Position numbers and translations under genes: made by a program. The notes under the pieces are model-generated. The model ran no database searches. It worked only from the letters and a program-made list of their open reading frames with translations, and was not told where the DNA came from. This document shows, one piece after another, positions 56,359-64,000 of a stretch of 64,000 bases of DNA (positions are counted from its first letter, which is position 1; the number at the start of each line of letters is the position of its first letter). The stretch spans positions 289,014-353,013 of the forward strand of contig CP180347.1 in NCBI GenBank assembly GCA_048007995.1, read 5' to 3'. Source of the DNA: Rhodobacterales bacterium (GTDB taxonomy: Bacteria; Pseudomonadota; Alphaproteobacteria; Rhodobacterales; Rhodobacteraceae).

Positions 56359-57413
56359 CCCCGCTGGCCGATCTGCTGCTGGCCCGGATCGCCCGTGACG
56401 GGCCGATCAGTATTGCAAGCTTTATGGCCGATGCGCTGATGCATCCGGTCCACGGCTATTACGCCACGCGCGACCCGTTTGGCGCGGCGGGCGATTTCAT
56501 CACCGCCCCCGAGATCAGCCAGATGTTCGGCGAACTGATCGGGCTGTCGCTGGCGCAGGTCTGGCTGGACCAAGGCGCGCCTGACCCTGTGACCTTGGCC
56601 GAGCTTGGCCCCGGCCGCGGCACGCTGATGGCCGATATCCTGCGCGCCACCGCCGCCGTGCCGGGGTTTCATGCCGCTGTGACGGTGCATTTCGTGGAAA
56701 CATCGCCGCATCTGCGCGCCTTGCAGGCAGAGCGCGTGCCGCAAGCCAGATGGCATGACCGGATCGACACGCTGCCCGATGCGCCCTTGCTGCTGGTTGC
56801 CAATGAATTCTTTGATGCCCTGCCGATCAGGCAATTCGTGCGCGCAGGCACAGGCTGGCGCGAAAGGATGGTCGGCGCGCAGGACGGCCACTTGTGCTTT
56901 GGGCTGTCGGATGCCGCCCCCTTGGCGCTGCTGGCACCGCGTCTGGACGACACGCAGGACGGTGATCTGGTGGAACACTGCCCTGCCCTGCCCGGCATTG
57001 TTGCGGCGATTGCAGGCCGGATTGCGGCACATGGCGGTGCCGCGTTGGTCATTGATTATGGCGATTGGCAATCACTGGGGGATACGTTGCAGGCGCTGGC
57101 GGGCCATGCCCCCGCCGACCCACTGGCCGCGCCGGGTGCGGCCGATCTGACCGCCCATGTCGATTTCGCCGCCATTGCCGCCCATGCCGCCCCCGCGCGC
57201 CACAGCCGCCTGACGCGGCAGGGCGTGTTTCTGGAACGGCTGGGCATCACGGCGCGGGCGCGAAAACTCGCCTCAGGGTTGACTGGACAGGCGCTGGATG
57301 CGCATGTTGCAGCACATCGGCGCTTGACCCACCCGTCGGAAATGGGTGACCTGTTCAAAGTGATGGCGCTCTTCCCTGCGACTGCCATGCCCCCAGCCGG
57401 ACTGGACCCATGA
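56355..57413 (+). CDS. MidA/NDUFAF7-type SAM-dependent methyltransferase
   Basis: HGYY, GDFITAPEISQMFGELIG, ELGPGRGTL, ANEFFDALP, DLTAHVDF, MGDLFK. Confidence 0.92.
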   Translation: MTPLADLLLARIARDGPISIASFMADALMHPVHGYYATRDPFGAAGDFITAPEISQMFGELIGLSLAQVWLDQGAPDPVTLAELGPGRGTLMADILRATAAVPGFHAAVTVHFVETSPHLRALQAERVPQARWHDRIDTLPDAPLLLVANEFFDALPIRQFVRAGTGWRERMVGAQDGHLCFGLSDAAPLALLAPRLDDTQDGDLVEHCPALPGIVAAIAGRIAAHGGAALVIDYGDWQSLGDTLQALAGHAPADPLAAPGAADLTAHVDFAAIAAHAAPARHSRLTRQGVFLERLGITARARKLASGLTGQALDAHVAAHRRLTHPSEMGDLFKVMALFPATAMPPAGLDP

Positions 57414-58165
57414 CGCTTGAAATCATCACCGACACGGCACTTGGCGCCACCCGCCACGGATTTTTCACCCGCAAGGGTGGTGCATCGTCTGGGGTCTTTG
57501 CGGGGTTGAATTGCGGCTTCGGCAGTTCGGACCAATCCGATATCGTGGCGATCAACCGTGACCGCGTGGCAGGCGCGCTCGATTTGACGGCCGACAAGCT
57601 GGTCGGCGTGCATCAGGTCCATTCCGCTGACGTTGTGACCGTCACCACCGCAGGCCCGCTGGTGCAAAAGGCCGATGCGCTGGTCACGCGCACCAAGGGG
57701 ATCGCGCTGTCGGTGCTGACCGCCGATTGCCAGCCCGTGCTGTTCTGCGACGCACAGGCAGGTGTGATCGGCGCCGCCCATGCAGGCTGGAAAGGCGCTT
57801 TGGCCGGCGTTCTGGAACAGACCGTGCATGCGATGGAGCAGCTGGGTGCCGTGCGGCGCAATATCGCGGCGGTGATCGGCCCCGCGATCAGCCAGCGCAA
57901 TTACGAGGTGGGCGGCGATTTCCGTGACCGATTCGTCGCTGTTGATCCGGGCTATGACAGGTTCTTTGCAGCCGGTGCGCCGGGGCGGTTCCAGTTCGAT
58001 CTGCCGGGGTTCGGGCTGATGCGGTTGCGCGCTTGCGGCATCGGTCAGGCGCATTGGACGCGGCATTGTACCTATGCTGATCCGGCGCGCTTTTTCAGCT
58101 ACCGGCGCAGCGTGCATCTGCAAGAGGCCGATTACGGCCGTTTGATCGCCGCGATCCGGCTGTAA
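57410..58165 (+). CDS. pgeF: Peptidoglycan editing factor PgeF (YfiH/LACC1 family)
   Basis: HGFFTRKGG, QVHS, ADCQP, AHAGWKG, IGPAI, FFSYRR. Confidence 0.94.
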   Translation: MTLEIITDTALGATRHGFFTRKGGASSGVFAGLNCGFGSSDQSDIVAINRDRVAGALDLTADKLVGVHQVHSADVVTVTTAGPLVQKADALVTRTKGIALSVLTADCQPVLFCDAQAGVIGAAHAGWKGALAGVLEQTVHAMEQLGAVRRNIAAVIGPAISQRNYEVGGDFRDRFVAVDPGYDRFFAAGAPGRFQFDLPGFGLMRLRACGIGQAHWTRHCTYADPARFFSYRRSVHLQEADYGRLIAAIRL

Positions 58166-58473
58166 TCAGGGCAGCAATAGGGCGACAGCAGGACGGCAGC
58201 ATGGCACGGCGACAGCCTCTGCACACGGCCGCGCGAAAATACCTTGTTTCAATGCAGTATCGTTTTCAGGCACACAGGCCTTTTTCTTGCAGCCCCGCAA
58301 ATCGCCGCCAAAGTCCTGCCAGTTTGATACCGCATATTGCCCGGACATCTTCCGCCACACGGGCCTGCAACACGAGGGAACGCCATGGACAACCGCGGGC
58401 AATGACAGCAACCGCCATATCATGGGCGCAGGCGACATCGCCTGTCGTACGACCGGTCCATTAAGGGGTCCGT

Positions 58474-59218
58474 ATGCCAAGCCGTTCCAATGCCGCTCCA
58501 GCCTATCCGGCCCTGCACGATGCCGACGCGACATTGCGCCCCGAAAGCGAGGCTGGCCGCAGCCGACTGAACCGCAAATACACCATCACCTGTCTTGCTG
58601 GCGTCCACATCATCGAGACAAGCATCATGGCCCCTGCCATCCCCGCCTTCGAGGATGCCTTTGGGGCGCGGTACGATCCTGCAAACACGTCACGGCCCCG
58701 TCGCGGTCGAGGACCTGATGCCGGGCGATAGCCTGCGATTGATCGACGGCAGCTTTGCGCCACTGTTATGGCGCGGCATGATGACGATCACGCAGCCCGC
58801 GCGGCACAGCCTGACACGGATCACCGCTGATGCGCTGGGGATCGGGCGGCCCTTGCAGGATCTTGTTTTAGGGCCTGCAGCACGGCTTTATCATGCGACC
58901 AGCACTGTGGCGAAGCTGACAGGCAAAACGGCGGCCTATATTCCGGCCCATGATTTCGTGGATGGCAACCAGTTCATCGCTTTGCGCCCTGCGGCACCGG
59001 TCGATGTCTATCAGCTGGGCTTTGCCGCGCATGAAACGCTGATGGTCAACGGGATCGGGGTGGAAAGCCTGCATCCCGGCACCGCCTTCAGCCTTGGCCT
59101 GCGCGGCCCCGTGCTTGCACAGTATCTGGCCCTGTTTCCGCATCTGCGCAGGCTGGATGACGTCGGGATGTTCCGGCACCCGCGGTTGCGGCTGCGCGAT
59201 CTGGACCCGCAGGCCTAG
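58474..59218 (+). pseudogene. Hint-domain (BIL-like) protein gene split by a +1 frameshift
   Basis: Frame of 58474 reads ..RKYTITCL..APAIPAFEDAFG, then loses sense; the +1 frame reads GRGTILQTRHGPVAVEDLMPGD..LQDLVLGPAAR..HETLMVNGIGVESLHPG. Junction at TTTGGGG (58660-58666). Confidence 0.75.
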
Positions 59219-60579
59219 CCCCGCGCGGGGGTGATCCGCACCGACCGCCCCCAGAACCGCCACATCAGCAGCAGCGCCGCGACCAGCAACCCCAGCACCA
59301 GCCCCAGCCATATGCCGACACCACCCAAGCCCCAGTGAAACGCCAACAAATAACTGGCGGGCAAACCGACCCCCCAATAGCTGAACGCCGCCATCACCAT
59401 CGGCACCGTCGTGTCCTGCACACCGCGCAACAGGCCCAGCACGACGACCTGCAACCCGTCAACCAGCTGGAACAGCCCCGCGATCATCACGAGCGTGATA
59501 CCGACTTGCATGAGCCGTAGCCTTTCAGGCTCTGCGGGGTCGATGAATATGGAGACCAGCAGGCCGGGGATCAGCAGAAAAATCGCCGAGGTCGCCGCCG
59601 CATAAATGGCCGACAGCCCGATGGCAGTGATCCCGCCGCGCCGCAGCCCCTGTTCATCGCGCCGGCCCAGCGCGCGGCCCGCGCGCACCGTCGCCGCCTG
59701 CGAAAAGCCGATATGCACCATGAAGGTCAGGCTGGCCAATTGGATCGCGATGCCATGGGCGGCCAGTTCAATCGGCCCGATCCAGCCCATCATGATCGCC
59801 GAGGCGCTGAACAACCCGCCTTCGGCCAAAGATGTCAGTCCGATGGGCCAGCCCAACAGGAAAACGCGGCGCATGATTTCGCTGTCAGGGCGGTGGAAAT
59901 TGCGGAACAATTCGTAGCGCGGCAACTTGCGCCGGATATAGCCGACCAGCAGCGCCACGCCCAGCAGATTGACCATGACCGACGCGATGGCCGCCCCTTC
60001 GATCCCCAGTTCCGGCGCGCCCCAATTGCCAAAGATCAGCGCGTAATTCACCAGCCCGTTCAGCACCGCCGTCCCGACCGTGGCCCATAGGATAAACGCG
60101 GTATGTTCGAGCGCCACCAAAAAGGATTTCAGCGCCATCACCAGCAATGTCGGAATCATCCCCCAGATCACGATCTGCAGGTACAAATGCGCCTCGGCCG
60201 CGACGATGGGCGCTTGACCAATAGCGATCAGGATATCCTCGGCCCAGAAAAAGGGCAGCATCACGATCACTCCATAGAAGATCGACAGCCATAGCCCCAT
60301 GCGCGTGACGCGCCGGACCTGCACCTGGTCATTCTGTTCATTCGCCGCCGCCACCAGGGGCGTGATCGCCTGCGCGAAACCGGCCCCCACAATGAAAACA
60401 ACGAAAAACAACGATGTTGCAATCGTCGCCGCCGCCAATGCCGTGACATCATACCAGCCCAGCATCAGCGTATCGGTCATATGGATCGCGAATTGCGCCA
60501 TATTGCTCAGGATCAGGGGGATGCCCAGCTTCCAGATCGCGCGCGCATGTTCGGGATATGTGGTGGCGATCTGTTGCAT
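59215..60579 (-). CDS. MATE family efflux transporter (NorM-like)
   Basis: DTLMLGW, NYALIFGNWGAPELGIEGAAIAS, AAHGIAIQ, DGLQVV..GLLRG.QDT. Confidence 0.93.
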   Translation of the reverse strand: MQQIATTYPEHARAIWKLGIPLILSNMAQFAIHMTDTLMLGWYDVTALAAATIATSLFFVVFIVGAGFAQAITPLVAAANEQNDQVQVRRVTRMGLWLSIFYGVIVMLPFFWAEDILIAIGQAPIVAAEAHLYLQIVIWGMIPTLLVMALKSFLVALEHTAFILWATVGTAVLNGLVNYALIFGNWGAPELGIEGAAIASVMVNLLGVALLVGYIRRKLPRYELFRNFHRPDSEIMRRVFLLGWPIGLTSLAEGGLFSASAIMMGWIGPIELAAHGIAIQLASLTFMVHIGFSQAATVRAGRALGRRDEQGLRRGGITAIGLSAIYAAATSAIFLLIPGLLVSIFIDPAEPERLRLMQVGITLVMIAGLFQLVDGLQVVVLGLLRGVQDTTVPMVMAAFSYWGVGLPASYLLAFHWGLGGVGIWLGLVLGLLVAALLLMWRFWGRSVRITPARG

Positions 60580-60621
60580 TGCGCCAGCATTAGGCGCGAA
60601 GCCATGGGTCGTAAAGCGCAA

Positions 60622-61506
60622 TCAGATGCTGCGCTGCACCAACTGCAAGGCGAGCAGCATGACCAGCGCACCGGCGGCGATCTCGGCGCTGGCCATCATG
60701 CGCGCGGTGCCACGGTTGCTGACCAGTTGCAGCGCAGATTCGCGCAAACCAACGGCGGCAAAGGCCACCAGCACCGTGATACCGGCCGTGCCCAGCCCCA
60801 TCACGAAGGCCCCGATGATCCCCGCCCAGTCCAGCCCGAACCGCCATGTCAGGATCAGCAGGAACACCGCCCCCGTGCAGGGGCGCACCGCAATCGCGGC
60901 GACAATGGCCGCAGCATCGCGCCATGACCGGACCTCGGCGGCCTGTTCCACGCTGGGGCCATGGGCGTGCCCGCAACTGGCGCAGACGGTGTCATGCGCA
61001 TGGACGGGTTTGCGCAACCCGTGCAGATGGCGCGCGCCGCGCAGCGCCAGCCATAACCCGACCCCCGCGATCAGCGCATAGCTGACAGGTTCCAGCACAT
61101 CATCGGCCAGCCCCGTCATCTGCGCGCGGCCCCAGCCCAGCGCCCAAACCGCGCCGTAAACCAGCAGCACCGCCGTCGCCGCCTGCGCCAGCGACGACGC
61201 CAGCGCCAGCCCCGCCAGCCGCCCCACAGGCACCCGCGCGCCGATCCCGTAACCGCCGATGACCAGCTTGCCATGCCCCGGCCCTGCGGCATGAACAAAC
61301 CCGTAAGCAAAACACAGCCCCCACAGCGTCAGCACCGCCGCCCTGTCGCCTTGTTGCAGCGCACGCAAGGCGCCCGCCATCGCATTCTGGACCTGCATCT
61401 GGCTGGCGGCGGCCTGCCGCGCGATCTGGTCCGCGCCGCCAAAGCCCCAAAGCCACAGCGCCGCCATGCCGATCAGCGCCAGCAGGATTACAGCAAACCG
61501 GCGCAT
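60622..61506 (-). CDS. RcnA/HoxN-like nickel/cobalt(zinc) transporter
   Basis: YGFVHAAGPGHGK, His/Cys loop HAHDTVCASCGHAHGP, RPCTGA, MGLGTA. Confidence 0.9.
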   Translation of the reverse strand: MRRFAVILLALIGMAALWLWGFGGADQIARQAAASQMQVQNAMAGALRALQQGDRAAVLTLWGLCFAYGFVHAAGPGHGKLVIGGYGIGARVPVGRLAGLALASSLAQAATAVLLVYGAVWALGWGRAQMTGLADDVLEPVSYALIAGVGLWLALRGARHLHGLRKPVHAHDTVCASCGHAHGPSVEQAAEVRSWRDAAAIVAAIAVRPCTGAVFLLILTWRFGLDWAGIIGAFVMGLGTAGITVLVAFAAVGLRESALQLVSNRGTARMMASAEIAAGALVMLLALQLVQRSI

Positions 61507-62135
61507 GTCACCACCACGGTATCGGCAAAGGACCGGCCGACTTCGGGGAAATCCTCATCGGGGCCGACATCGCTGGCAGGGCGGCCATAAAGCAATTCGT
61601 CAACCAGCGAATAGGCGGCGTCCAGATTGGCGGGGATGATATCGACCGTGCAATCGTCGCGGCCTTCGACGGTGACCGGACCGGCCAGCGCATAGGCGAC
61701 GTAATAGGTCGGATCATAGGGCAGGATCATCAGCGGTGCGGCGCGGTCGGCAACCTGTGACAAGGGGCGCAGATGGGTTTCATGCATGATCCCGTCCTGA
61801 TAGACCATCGCATGGGCGCGTTTGGGGGCCAGCGGCAGGATCGTGTCGCCCTGCACGACTTCCAGATCGCCATCGAAATCAGCGGGCCATGCGGCGATCT
61901 GAGTGTCCAGCAGCGCCTGTTCCTCGGGCGTCAGTTTCAGATCGCCGTCCGTGTCGATACCCAGATCGGCGGTGACCAGCATCGAAAAATACGCGTCATA
62001 GACCCAGTCCAGCCGCACGCCGACGCCACCTTGTGCATCAAACACCACGGCCATTTCCACCTGCACAAACACATGCGGATGCGCCAGTGCAGGTACCGGC
62101 AACAACAGCGGGATCAAGGACAATTTGCGCAACAT
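61488..62135 (-). CDS. DUF1007 family periplasmic metal-binding protein
   Basis: Signal peptide ending PALA then N-terminal HPHVF; YDPTYYVAY. Confidence 0.88.
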   Translation of the reverse strand: MLRKLSLIPLLLPVPALAHPHVFVQVEMAVVFDAQGGVGVRLDWVYDAYFSMLVTADLGIDTDGDLKLTPEEQALLDTQIAAWPADFDGDLEVVQGDTILPLAPKRAHAMVYQDGIMHETHLRPLSQVADRAAPLMILPYDPTYYVAYALAGPVTVEGRDDCTVDIIPANLDAAYSLVDELLYGRPASDVGPDEDFPEVGRSFADTVVVTCAGLL

Positions 62136-62278
62136 GTCCCTAGCTACCGCAGGGCCGCGCGTGCCGCAATCGCGCTGTCGTGCAGCAGGTGACACTTGGG
62201 CGTGATCGGCCCCTGACGGCTAGCCCCTGGCATGCGCGATCATGGCACCGCAGGCCACAGGCTAGTCTGGGCAAGCTG

Positions 62279-63163
62279 TCAGCCCAGAACATCGCGCCAT
62301 GAATACTGCGGGGCGAAACCGACCATACGCTTGGCTTTGGCATTGCTATACATTGTTTCGTTTTCCGACAAAGTGCCGCGCTGTTCGACCCCTTGGTAAA
62401 ACCGGTCGATCACCTGACGCGCGGTGATCCCGACACTCAGATCATCATTAGACACATTGAACACCTGATAGCCCAGCCCGTCGGTTTTCAGGCAGCAATC
62501 AACCATATGCCCCAGATCGCGTGCATCGATATAGGCGAATATATTGCGGCGGCGGGTTGCGGGATCGGCGATGAAGGCCGGGAAGTTTGTCGCATATTCA
62601 TGTGGTTCAATGACATTATTGATGCGCAAACCGTAAATATCTATGCCCGTGCGCATCTGAAAGCTGCGCGCCGTTGCCTCGTTGCAGACCTTGGACATGG
62701 CATAGCTGTCATGCGGCACGGTGGGGTGATCTTCGTCCACCGGCACATAATCCGGCTTCACCTCGCCATGGGCAAAACAGACGCCATAGGTGGTTTCGGA
62801 ACTGGCAAAGATCACCTTGGGCACGCCCAGTTTCACCGCCGCCTCGATCACATTATAGGTGGATTGGGTGTTGATACGGAAACATTCGGCATCGGTGCCG
62901 ATCATCACGCGCGGCACCGCGGCGAAATGTACGACAGCATCGAAACGCGGCACGCCGGTGCCTGTATCAAGCTCGTGGAAATCGGTGTATTGCGACATGG
63001 CCCCGATCACCTGCCCCGCATCGGTCAGGTCCACCAGCAATTCGGACACGTCCAGACCGGACGGTACAAGGTCGATATTGACGACGATATGCCCCTGCGC
63101 CTGCAAATAGGCGATCGCATGTTTGCCCGCCTTGCCGCTGCCGCCAGTAAAGAAAATGCGCAT
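62279..63163 (-). CDS. NAD-dependent epimerase/dehydratase (extended SDR)
   Basis: TGGSGKAG, HFAA, ASSETTYG, catalytic YAMSK. Confidence 0.9.
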   Translation of the reverse strand: MRIFFTGGSGKAGKHAIAYLQAQGHIVVNIDLVPSGLDVSELLVDLTDAGQVIGAMSQYTDFHELDTGTGVPRFDAVVHFAAVPRVMIGTDAECFRINTQSTYNVIEAAVKLGVPKVIFASSETTYGVCFAHGEVKPDYVPVDEDHPTVPHDSYAMSKVCNEATARSFQMRTGIDIYGLRINNVIEPHEYATNFPAFIADPATRRRNIFAYIDARDLGHMVDCCLKTDGLGYQVFNVSNDDLSVGITARQVIDRFYQGVEQRGTLSENETMYSNAKAKRMVGFAPQYSWRDVLG

Positions 63164-63196
63164 GGGTGATCCTTTCACATGTCTGTTTGCGGCACA

Positions 63197-63859
63197 CTAT
63201 TTGCGCAGGCGGGAAAACACCATCTTCTGTCCGGCCAGATCAGCCGGTTTGCCCAGCCATGCATAAGCCAGCAATGCCGGTTCACGGTCACCCACGGTGA
63301 TCCGGTGCAAATGGTCCGGCGGATTAAAGATCATCGAGCCGGGCACATAAACGCCCTGATGGTTTTCCGACACAGCGCCCGACAGGCAAACATAGCTTTC
63401 GGTGATCCCCTGATGCGCATGGGCGGGATAGGTGCAGGACGGGGCGAACAAGACCACGCCCAGAATAATCTCTGACGTGACGACCGGCCCGTTTGGCCCC
63501 GCAATCTCGGCATAGGCATAGGAATCGGCCAGTGCCGACGGCACCTTTTCGTACCCATATTGCCATGACAGATCGGTGCGCAGCGTATCCAGCGCACGGA
63601 TGGTCGATGCCATGATGCCCGACCGCCCTTGATCAAGCGCGCGACGCAGATGCGCAGTGACAGGTTTCTGCGCGGCAGGCTGCAATTGGACGGGCGCATG
63701 CGCCTTGATCACGCGGTTGATCGCCTCGCGCACCTGACGTTGATGGCTGCGGATGCGGTCACTGCCGCCCGCCGGGATCGCGCGGTACAGCTCATAGAAT
63801 TCTGCCAGCAAATAGCGCCAGTCAGGCAATGCCTTGATCGTCGTCAGATTGTCCGTCAT
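63197..63859 (-). CDS. dddL: DMSP lyase DddL (cupin)
   Basis: PDWRYLL.EF..LYR, KPVTAHL.RALD, WQYGYEKVP, YAYAEI.GP.GPV, LFAP.CTYPAHAH.GITESY, HRIT, LLAYAW; recognised as DddL from memory of the family. Confidence 0.9.
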   Translation of the reverse strand: MTDNLTTIKALPDWRYLLAEFYELYRAIPAGGSDRIRSHQRQVREAINRVIKAHAPVQLQPAAQKPVTAHLRRALDQGRSGIMASTIRALDTLRTDLSWQYGYEKVPSALADSYAYAEIAGPNGPVVTSEIILGVVLFAPSCTYPAHAHQGITESYVCLSGAVSENHQGVYVPGSMIFNPPDHLHRITVGDREPALLAYAWLGKPADLAGQKMVFSRLRK

Positions 63860-64000
63860 CGCGCCCCCCATTTGGGCGGAACCTGCCACAGCGCCAAGGG
63901 CAAGACAAACCCCATCTGCGGGGTCTTTCATGGACGCCCCCCCTCTGCCATAAAGGTGCAAACCACAAGAAAAGAGCAGCCAATGGCCGACGACCTTTTG

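Overview
A 64-kb, GC-rich, core-chromosome-like window from a Rhodobacteraceae (roseobacter-type) bacterium. The stand-alone DMSP lyase dddL is consistent with Yoonia/Loktanella (inference). About 65 CDS are present, including xseA, purD, carD, fdxA, a Suv3-like helicase, a ligase-associated exonuclease plus ATP-dependent ligase, pepF, rpoH, rluD, mmcB, a riboflavin cluster split by kpsS-kpsC, nrdR, rpoD-dnaG, soxBDAG, gdhA, a Tad pseudopilin trio, hom-glpX-recJ, aspC, proC, lgt-midA-pgeF, a MATE transporter and dddL. RNA genes are tRNA-His, tRNA-Glu and a probable 6S RNA. I found no transposase, integrase, prophage, CRISPR array or rRNA. The least-explained signals are: (1) a family of at least 8 short intergenic repeats with a conserved AT-rich head and a GC-rich tail, two of which bracket an oxidoreductase gene as inverted copies; (2) an uncharacterised HAD-like protein lacking the motif-I Asp, translationally coupled to ribE; (3) recurrent promoter-N5-7-ATG (leaderless) architecture; (4) candidate cell-cycle operators (DnaA, CtrA, GANTC) at nrdR, kpsS, tad, carD and rpoD; (5) a GDH with an antenna-like insert; (6) a frameshifted Hint-domain gene; and (7) a possible att-site remnant after tRNA-Glu. 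All protein family calls are from motif recognition by eye; no database search was run.
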